NCBI GenBank assembly: GCA_041664465.1
Contig: JBAYKP010000003.1
Coordinates: 19,405-83,404, forward strand
Reading direction: 5' to 3'
DNA: 64,000 nt
Source: Minisyncoccota bacterium
GTDB taxonomy: Bacteria > Patescibacteriota > Minisyncoccia > Phycocordibacterales > UBA9973
The notes below the pieces were generated by a model. That model did not search any database. It worked only from the letters and a program-made list of their open reading frames with translations, and had not been told where the DNA came from. How positions within the stretch are numbered: the first letter of the stretch is position 1; every line of letters starts with the position of its first letter. Made by a program: the position numbers and the translations under genes. Shown one piece after another: positions 58,063-64,000 of this stretch.

Positions 58063-59004
58063 TTGTGCGACATTATGAACACAAAACTTGAACAACTTAA
58101 AAGGGAGTTTTTGGAGCATGTGGAAATAGAGAAAGGAAATAGCTTAAAGACTGTGAATAATTACGACCATTACATAAGTCGTTTTTTGGATTTTGCCAAG
58201 ATTGATAATCCGAAAGATATTACAGACGATAAAATTCGTGAGTTTAGACTTTTCTTAAATAGACAGCCTGGGGTGAAGGTTCGTGGGCAATCATCCGCGA
58301 CTCTCAAGAAGAATACACAGAATTACTATCTGATAGCCCTTCGGACTTTTCTTAAATATCTTATGAAAAGAGATGTCCCCTCCCTTTCTCCTGATAGAAT
58401 AGACTTGGCAAAAGTAAAAGAACGCTCGCTAGATCTTATCTCTGTGGATGAACTTAATAGATTATTGAAGGCCCCTGAGTCTTCCCCTAGGTCGGACCTA
58501 GGGGCAAAAAAATCTTTGCGTGATAAAGCAATTCTTGAGCTTTTCTTCTCGACAGGTCTTCGTCTCTCAGAGCTTTGCTCACTTAATAGAGATTTAGATT
58601 TATCAAAAGATGAATTTTCAATTCGTGGAAAAGGGGAAAAGGTAAGAGTAGTCTTCCTTTCTGATTCGGCCAAGAGTGCGATAAGAGAATATTTGAAAAA
58701 TAGAAAGGATTTAGATGAGCCATTATTCATACAATATTCTAGGAATGGGGCCAAGGGGAACCGTTTAACACCAAGATCTATAGAGAGGATAGTGAAATAC
58801 TATGCAATAAAGGCTGGGATATCAAAGAAAGTTACTCCGCATGTTATTCGCCATTCGTTCGCCACTGACTTACTTTCAAATGGTGCCGATATTCGCTCGG
58901 TCCAGATGATGCTCGGGCATGCCAACATTGCTACGACACAGATATACACACACATAACAGACAAGCAACTTCGTGACGTGCATAAGAAGTTTCATTCGAA
59001 TTAA
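58063..59004 (+). CDS. xerC: tyrosine recombinase XerC/XerD family, with a 7-aa in-frame palindrome insertion (SPRSDLG)
   Basis: C-terminal catalytic motifs HVIRHSFAT...LGHANIATTQIYTH; the CCTAGGTCGGACCTAGG palindrome at 58484-58504 lies in the coding sequence. Confidence 0.8.
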   Translation: MCDIMNTKLEQLKREFLEHVEIEKGNSLKTVNNYDHYISRFLDFAKIDNPKDITDDKIREFRLFLNRQPGVKVRGQSSATLKKNTQNYYLIALRTFLKYLMKRDVPSLSPDRIDLAKVKERSLDLISVDELNRLLKAPESSPRSDLGAKKSLRDKAILELFFSTGLRLSELCSLNRDLDLSKDEFSIRGKGEKVRVVFLSDSAKSAIREYLKNRKDLDEPLFIQYSRNGAKGNRLTPRSIERIVKYYAIKAGISKKVTPHVIRHSFATDLLSNGADIRSVQMMLGHANIATTQIYTHITDKQLRDVHKKFHSN

Positions 59005-59018
59005 TATATAATAAAATT

Positions 59019-59792
59019 ATGAAAATAATTAGCTGGAATACAAATGGTTTGCGGGCGACGGCGAAGCAAGGGAATCTCATTCCCCTTTTTGCATATAACA
59101 ATGCAGACATTGTCTGCTTGCAGGAGACCAAGTGTGAGCCGGATCAGCTAGATGACGCCACGAGGAATTTAAAGGGTTATCATTCATATTTTTCATATTC
59201 TAAACTTCGTAAGGGTTATAGTGGTGTGGCTATTTATTCTAAAGTGGAGCCCTTAAAGGTTGAATATGATATGGGTATTAAAAGATTTGATGATGAAGGG
59301 CGAACGATTGTCGCTTATTACCCGAATTTTGTTTTAATAAATTGTTACTTCCCTAACGCAGGCATTGATCCTGCAAGATTAAAATATAAATTAGAATTTT
59401 ACGATGCATTTTTGAAATTTATAAATAAACTGAAAAAAAGTGGCAAGAATGTAATCTTCACTGGTGATGTGAATACTGCTCACAATGCTATTGACCTCGC
59501 TCGTCCGAAAGCCAACGAGAACAATACCGGCTTCTTAAGAATAGAAAGAGACTGGCTTGATAAAGTTGTTGCGAATGATTTCGTGGATATCTTCCGCACT
59601 CTTCACCCTGAAATGAAGGATGTATACACTTATTGGGATATGAAGACCGGTGCCCGAGCCCGTAACGTCGGCTGGCGTATAGATTACTTCTTCACAAACG
59701 AATCTTTCCTAAAAAATGTAAAATCTTTCAAAACCCTTACAGATTACCCCGGCTCAGATCACTGCCCGATAATGATTGACATTAGTGTCTAG
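59019..59792 (+). CDS. xth: exodeoxyribonuclease III (AP endonuclease)
   Basis: MKIISWNTNGLRA N-terminus, QETK, SDHCP C-terminal motifs. Confidence 0.85.
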   Translation: MKIISWNTNGLRATAKQGNLIPLFAYNNADIVCLQETKCEPDQLDDATRNLKGYHSYFSYSKLRKGYSGVAIYSKVEPLKVEYDMGIKRFDDEGRTIVAYYPNFVLINCYFPNAGIDPARLKYKLEFYDAFLKFINKLKKSGKNVIFTGDVNTAHNAIDLARPKANENNTGFLRIERDWLDKVVANDFVDIFRTLHPEMKDVYTYWDMKTGARARNVGWRIDYFFTNESFLKNVKSFKTLTDYPGSDHCPIMIDISV

Positions 59793-59839
59793 ATAGGAGT
59801 AGAATTAAAATAAGTTTTAGTAAGCCTTAGTAGTTAGAA

Positions 59840-59880
59840 AGCGGTATGTGTAGCCCCCTGCACATTGCCGCTTTTTTATT
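59840..59880 (+). terminator. probable terminator after xth (imperfect hairpin aagcggtatgtg...cacattgccgc followed by TTTTTTATTT)
   Basis: stem imperfect; T-run clear. Confidence 0.35.
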
Positions 59881-59990
59881 TAAGCATCTGGGTAACCAGT
59901 GCCACCATTTGGTCTTTTTTGTTTGGATGGCTTTCAGCAATGTATTTTTGTTATATAGGCTTTATTTATAAAGAATAATTTTAAGGATGG

Positions 59991-60026
59991 TTGACAGTTG
60001 ACAGTAAACTGTCAACCATATATACT
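59991..60026 (+). promoter_or_regulatory. strong promoter with embedded palindromic operator: tandem TTGACAGT, inverted repeat GTTGACAG-taaa-CTGTCAAC, -35 TTGACA (59998-60003), 17-nt spacer, -10 TATACT (60021-60026)
   Basis: read directly; the -10 ends 7 nt before the ATG at 60034. Confidence 0.45.
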
Positions 60027-60033
60027 AGTTTAT

Positions 60034-61011
60034 ATGATTACAGATACAGCAGAAAAGATAATTAAGTATATTAAGCTCAAACAACAAGTAACAGCCCATG
60101 AATTGACGAACTATCTTGGTATTTCAAGGCAGGCTTTTTATAAGCAAATAACTAAATTAATAAAAGATGAAAGTATCTATAAAACTGGCCAACCACCGAA
60201 AGTTTTTTATTTGATTAAGGGAAAAAGTGTTGTTAAAAAAGACGAAATAGTAAAGCCAGATATTAAAAAGATTATTGATAAGAATTATCTTATTATTACT
60301 CCAGCAGGAGAAATGAAGAATGGGGTGGACGGCTTTTCATATTGGTGTAGTAGAAATAATCTTCCTTTCGGAAAAACCGCAGAAGAATATGTAAAGACAC
60401 TTGCAAAATATGATGTTTGGAAAAAAGATGGAATGATAGATGGAACTCAAAAATTAAAAGGGTCTTTCAAAGAAATTGGATTGGACAAAATGTTTTATTT
60501 GGATTTCTATGCAATTGAAAGATTTGGAAAGACAAGACTTGGACAATTACTTCTCTATGCTAAACAAAGCCAAGATAAAAAAATGATAAAGAACATAAGC
60601 GAAGAAGCCCGCTCCCCTATTTTGAAATTGATCAAAAAATATCAAATAGATGCTGTGGCCTTTATTCCTCCTACAGTTAAAAGAGAGGTTCAACTCATAA
60701 AGGAATTGAAGAATCAACTGTCTTTACCACTTATGGAGATTAATTTAGTTAAAGCAAAAACAGAAGTTATAGTTCCTCAGAAAACTCTTAGCAAACTTGA
60801 GGATAGAATAGAAAATGCCAGAAAGTCTATATTTGTGAACGACAAGAAGACTTGCAGGAATATACTTATGATTGACGACGCTGTCGGTTCTGGGGCGACT
60901 CTAAATGAAACAGCCTTGCAAATTAAGAAAATGAAAGTTTGCTCTGGCAAAATCATTGGTCTTGCTATTACAGGTAGTTTTAAAGGTTTTGATGTAATAA
61001 GTGAAGTTTAA
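60034..61011 (+). CDS. HTH-domain protein with C-terminal type I phosphoribosyltransferase domain (ComF/PRTase-like)
   Basis: N-terminal wHTH (VTAHELTNYLGISRQAFYKQI); C-terminal PRTase motif ILMIDDAVGSGATL; ORF opens at 59998 but the promoter geometry favours the internal Met. Confidence 0.5.
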   Translation: MITDTAEKIIKYIKLKQQVTAHELTNYLGISRQAFYKQITKLIKDESIYKTGQPPKVFYLIKGKSVVKKDEIVKPDIKKIIDKNYLIITPAGEMKNGVDGFSYWCSRNNLPFGKTAEEYVKTLAKYDVWKKDGMIDGTQKLKGSFKEIGLDKMFYLDFYAIERFGKTRLGQLLLYAKQSQDKKMIKNISEEARSPILKLIKKYQIDAVAFIPPTVKREVQLIKELKNQLSLPLMEINLVKAKTEVIVPQKTLSKLEDRIENARKSIFVNDKKTCRNILMIDDAVGSGATLNETALQIKKMKVCSGKIIGLAITGSFKGFDVISEV

Positions 61012-61054
61012 ATAACATTATAAAAAATCGACTAGGTCTTGCCTAGTCGATTTT

Positions 61055-62611
61055 TTATACCCCATGCTTTTTGTGTAATTTCTCAATTTCTTCTTTTTCT
61101 AGTTCATCCTTTTTCTCTTTTCCGCGTTCCCCTAGTGTTTTCAGCTCATCATCGCCGAGCATATCTAGGGAAGCGACTAATTCACTCAGATGCTCAGGAG
61201 TGTTTTTGGTGGGGTCGTCGAGGACTTCTTCGAGGAGGGCATTCAGAATCCATCCCATTCGGGGCCCAGGTTTCATGTGTAACACCTCCATCATATACTT
61301 GCCGTTAATAGCTAATTGACCGACGGAGATAGGATCACGGAGGACTTCTTCTATCATTGCATGATATTTGCGGAGTCTATAAGGGGTCTCTTTCTTCTTC
61401 ATTCCTACCCTATCGCACTCGCGAACATTCATAAGGTCCCAGATATTCTCCTTGCCGACATGCTGGACTACCCTTCTGACAGCCGAAAGTGTTATCTTCT
61501 CTGTATCTGAGAAGAACATATGGTTTCTCGTGAAACTAATCACCTTTTCTATAGTATTTCTAGGATATTTCAATCTTTCCATTATTTGCTTTGTCATTCT
61601 AGCTCCTATCACTTCGTGGCCGTAGAATGTATATTCTTTCTTGGTTCCTACCCTTCTAGACCTTGGCTTGCCTATATCGTGAAAGAGGGCTGAAAGACGA
61701 ACTTCCAAAGACCAGCCTTTATTTGCAGCATGATCGAGAGCATGAAGTAGATGCTCCCAAACATCATATATATGGGCACCTTTCTGCTCGCATCCTATAC
61801 CCTCTTCAAGTTCTGGAATTATATATTTGAGCAAATTAAGCTTTTGGAGTAAGCCTATTCCAGCGACTGGATTATCTGAGTTTATTATCTTTGTGAATTC
61901 ATCACGGATTCTTTCAAAAGATATATTCTTTATTAAACTTGAATTATCTACAATTGCCTGCATTGTTTCATATGAAACAGCAAAATCGAGTTGGACGGAG
62001 AATCGAATAGCTCGAAGCATACGTAAGGCATCTTCCCTAAATCTATCATTCGGGTTACCTACGGCTCTGATAACTTTGTCCTTTATGTCCTTTACACCAC
62101 CAAATAAATCTATAAGATGTCCGTTACTATGACTACCCTCCTTTGCCAAGGCTATGGCGGGCGAGTAAGCCAAAGCATTGATTGTAAAGTCTCGTCTTTT
62201 TAAATCATCTTCTATATTTTCACTGAAATTTACTTCGTCCGGATGGCGAAAATCGCTATATTTTGCTTCGGTTCTATAGGTTGTAACCTCAATTATTGTA
62301 TTTTCCTCCCCTGCTAAGGGGAGGTGGCTGTAAGCCGGAGGGGTCAAAGGGAGAACTATTCCAACGGTTCCAAATTTATTCTCATATATAGTCTTTTCAA
62401 ATAAAGGTATTATCCCCTCGGGTTTAGCATTTGTGGCTATATCCCAATCTTTTGGTTCCCTCTCTAATATTAGATCTCTTACACAGCCACCCACTAGAAA
62501 GGCCTCAAAACCTGCTTTTTTGAGTGTTTCCGTTACACGTGTAACATATTCTGGTATTTTTGACTTATCTATGTTTAGATGATTAGTCATAATATTTATA
62601 AAGTTAGTCAA
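61055..62611 (-). CDS. cca: CCA-adding tRNA nucleotidyltransferase / poly(A) polymerase family HD-domain protein, with a 16-aa in-frame repeat insertion
   Basis: GGCVRDLIL, RDFTINALAY head-domain motifs, HD domain; the insert PLTPPAYSHLPLAGEE is encoded by repeat family 2 copy D. Confidence 0.75.
   Translation of the reverse strand: MTNFINIMTNHLNIDKSKIPEYVTRVTETLKKAGFEAFLVGGCVRDLILEREPKDWDIATNAKPEGIIPLFEKTIYENKFGTVGIVLPLTPPAYSHLPLAGEENTIIEVTTYRTEAKYSDFRHPDEVNFSENIEDDLKRRDFTINALAYSPAIALAKEGSHSNGHLIDLFGGVKDIKDKVIRAVGNPNDRFREDALRMLRAIRFSVQLDFAVSYETMQAIVDNSSLIKNISFERIRDEFTKIINSDNPVAGIGLLQKLNLLKYIIPELEEGIGCEQKGAHIYDVWEHLLHALDHAANKGWSLEVRLSALFHDIGKPRSRRVGTKKEYTFYGHEVIGARMTKQIMERLKYPRNTIEKVISFTRNHMFFSDTEKITLSAVRRVVQHVGKENIWDLMNVRECDRVGMKKKETPYRLRKYHAMIEEVLRDPISVGQLAINGKYMMEVLHMKPGPRMGWILNALLEEVLDDPTKNTPEHLSELVASLDMLGDDELKTLGERGKEKKDELEKEEIEKLHKKHGV
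62305..62345. repeat. hairpin repeat family 2, copy D, in frame inside cca
   Basis: cctcccctgctaaggggag gtggctgtaagcc ggaggggtc. Confidence 0.5.
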
Positions 62612-62634
62612 ATGATAACTTTAGTTATTTTCTG

Positions 62635-62705
62635 TGCGGGGTAGGAGAATCGGACTCCTGTCTCATCCTTGGCAAGGACGTGTTCTACCACTAAACCAAC
62701 CCCGC
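62635..62705 (-). tRNA. tRNA-Gly (anticodon GCC), no encoded CCA; 23 nt upstream of cca on the same strand
   Basis: manually folded cloverleaf: acceptor GCGGGGT/ACCCCGC, anticodon loop TTGCCAA, T-arm AGGAG-TCCGATT-CTCCT. Confidence 0.75.
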
Positions 62706-62830
62706 ATATTATTTATAACTAGTTGCTATTATAATATTTTTAATGACTAAATGCAATTGATTTTTAGCTTTGGTAAATAAAGACATTTTGTAAAGAATTA
62801 GAAATGATGTATAATATAAATGTAGTATTT

Positions 62831-62902
62831 GCACCCGTAGTGAAATGGATATCATACCCGCCTTCGAAGCGGTCGTTCCAAGTTCGACTCTTGGCGGGTG
62901 CA
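62831..62902 (+). tRNA. tRNA-Arg (anticodon TCG), no encoded CCA
   Basis: acceptor GCACCCG/CGGGTGC, anticodon loop CTTCGAA, T-arm CCAAG-TTCGACT-CTTGG. Confidence 0.75.
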
Positions 62903-63128
62903 CAAATATCTAATGATTTGCCCTTTATTAGTCTTTTATGCACGGAAAAATCCCTTAGGAATTAAGATTTATGTGTATAACTATGTGAGCATTGTTTATA
63001 AAAGACAAGTTATATACTATGTTACGTCTATCAGTTTTTCAAATTTTTAAAGATAATACTGTTATATTATAAGTATATTTATGAAGGACAAGATTATAAA
63101 ATAGATTTTATGTCCAATATATAGATAA

Positions 63129-63563
63129 GTGTTTCACGTGGCACACTTTATGAAGAATTTTACTTCAAATTCTCAAAAGATAGGAGAGTTGGGCGAGGAT
63201 GTCGCTTGTAAGTTTCTCATGAAACACGATTTTTCTATATTAGAAAGGAATTATACTAAGAAATGGGGGGAGATAGATATAATAGCCCAAAAAGGGGATA
63301 AGAGGTATTTCATAGAAGTGAAATCGAAAAGTGTATCCTCTTTAGATTTTGCTACGGGCTTTAATGAGGATGGGAAAGAGACCAATAGACCCGAAGAGAA
63401 TATGCACCCTTGGAAGATGAGGAGACTTCGAAGGATAGTGGAGACTTACTTGATAAGCAAGAGGCTAGGATATGTAGACTGGCAGTTTGACTTACTAGTT
63501 GTGTATTTAGATATTGACCACAGAAAGGCAAGAGTGAAAGTAGTAGAGAATATAATATTGTGA
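63129..63563 (+). CDS. yraN: YraN/UPF0102-family predicted endonuclease
   Basis: GELGEDVACKFL...ILERNY...GEIDIIA...FIEVKSK matches the YraN PD-(D/E)xK signature. Confidence 0.65.
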   Translation: MFHVAHFMKNFTSNSQKIGELGEDVACKFLMKHDFSILERNYTKKWGEIDIIAQKGDKRYFIEVKSKSVSSLDFATGFNEDGKETNRPEENMHPWKMRRLRRIVETYLISKRLGYVDWQFDLLVVYLDIDHRKARVKVVENIIL

Positions 63564-63567
63564 TTTG

Positions 63568-63638
63568 TGCGGGATAAGGGAGTCGAACCCTTCACCACAG
63601 TTTGGAAAACTGTTATTTTACCGATAAACTAATCCCGC
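63568..63638 (-). tRNA. tRNA-Gly (anticodon TCC), no encoded CCA
   Basis: acceptor GCGGGAT/ATCCCGC, anticodon arm ACAGT-TTTCCAA-ACTGT, T-arm AAGGG-TTCGACT-CCCTT. Confidence 0.75.
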
Positions 63639-63731
63639 AAATGTTTTATCAATATACACTATTTTAAATATTTATTCAACAAGAAATAAAATTGTAATTA
63701 TTACAAAATATGCTAATATAAGGGAGTTATA

Positions 63732-63804
63732 TCGGGGTGTAGTATATCGGTAGTATCCATGTTTTGGGAACATGAGGGCCGGGTTCGATTCCCGGCACCC
63801 CGAC
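63732..63804 (+). tRNA. tRNA-Pro (anticodon TGG), no encoded CCA
   Basis: acceptor TCGGGGT/ACCCCGA, anticodon arm CATGT-TTTGGGA-ACATG, T-arm CCGGG-TTCGATT-CCCGG. Confidence 0.75.
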
Positions 63805-63810
63805 AAAATG

Positions 63811-63840
63811 AAAAAGCTCTCTTCGGAGAGCTTTTTCATT
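63811..63840 (+). terminator. terminator hairpin agctctc-ttcg-gagagct plus T-run, nested inside a 26-bp inverted repeat that includes the tRNA-Pro 3' end
   Basis: read directly. Confidence 0.5.
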
Positions 63841-63990
63841 TTGTCGGGGTGAGCAAGAGAACTGCTTCTCTTGCGTCCGGGAAGCGAAAGACTTTTCGTT
63901 CTCTTGTGATAACAAGAGCGAAAAGTACCTGACGATGTAATCGTCGATAAGTGTACTCACGGTCCTGGCACCTTTTATATTTTGTATTCT
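63841..63990. ncRNA. GC-enriched, hairpin-dense segment; candidate small structured RNA, identity unresolved
   Basis: nested hairpins (caagagaac/gttctcttg; acttttcg...cgaaaagt; gacga-tgtaa-tcgtc); weak resemblance of GUCCGGGAAGCG to SRP RNA helix 8; the window ends here. Confidence 0.15.
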
Positions 63991-64000
63991 TTGCTATAAT

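Noticed and set aside
58063-59004. Xer-type recombinase near a tRNA cluster as integrase of an integrated mobile element
   Set aside because: Sequence is XerC/XerD-like (chromosome dimer resolution) rather than phage-integrase-like. No direct repeat of a tRNA 3' end and no cargo block between it and the tRNAs; flanking genes (xth, cca, rpsO) are housekeeping.
62709-62903. 64-aa ORF
   Set aside because: Overlaps tRNA-Arg(TCG) on the opposite strand; spurious.
63727-63960. 77-aa ORF
   Set aside because: Covers tRNA-Pro and the terminator/hairpin region on the opposite strand; spurious.

Overview
AT-rich (roughly one-third GC) bacterial chromosomal segment. Short proteins, weak or absent Shine-Dalgarno sequences and many large secreted/membrane hypothetical proteins are consistent with a reduced-genome, possibly CPR/Patescibacteria-like, organism (inference). 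Core content: the replication-origin neighbourhood (rpmH-rnpA-yidD-yidC-jag divergent from dnaA-dnaN, DnaA boxes and an AT-rich intergenic region), ruvB-ruvC, tyrS, a class A PBP, pilB-type T4P ATPase, ksgA, uvrD, comM, dksA, pnp, rpsO, xerC/D-type recombinase, xth, cca, a LysM-M23 peptidase and four tRNA genes (Gly-GCC, Arg-TCG, Gly-TCC, Pro-TGG; none encodes CCA). Accessory content: a Gram-positive-style type IV secretion-like cluster (lytic transglycosylase, VirB4 split into two ORFs, PrgI/VirB3-like, VirB6-like polytopic protein); an AbiEi/AbiEii pair; a MazF/PemK-like toxin; an orphan DinJ/RelB-like antitoxin; and a DUF4143 AAA ATPase gene inserted between 91-bp direct repeats that duplicate the 5' end of uvrD. 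The most unusual signal is at least three families of GC-rich palindromic repeats that stand out from the AT-rich background. Several copies sit in frame inside conserved housekeeping genes (ksgA, cca, xerC and a T4SS-cluster protein), as Rickettsia palindromic elements do. Several genes appear to be transcribed as leaderless mRNAs, with -10 boxes 6-8 nt upstream of the ATG.
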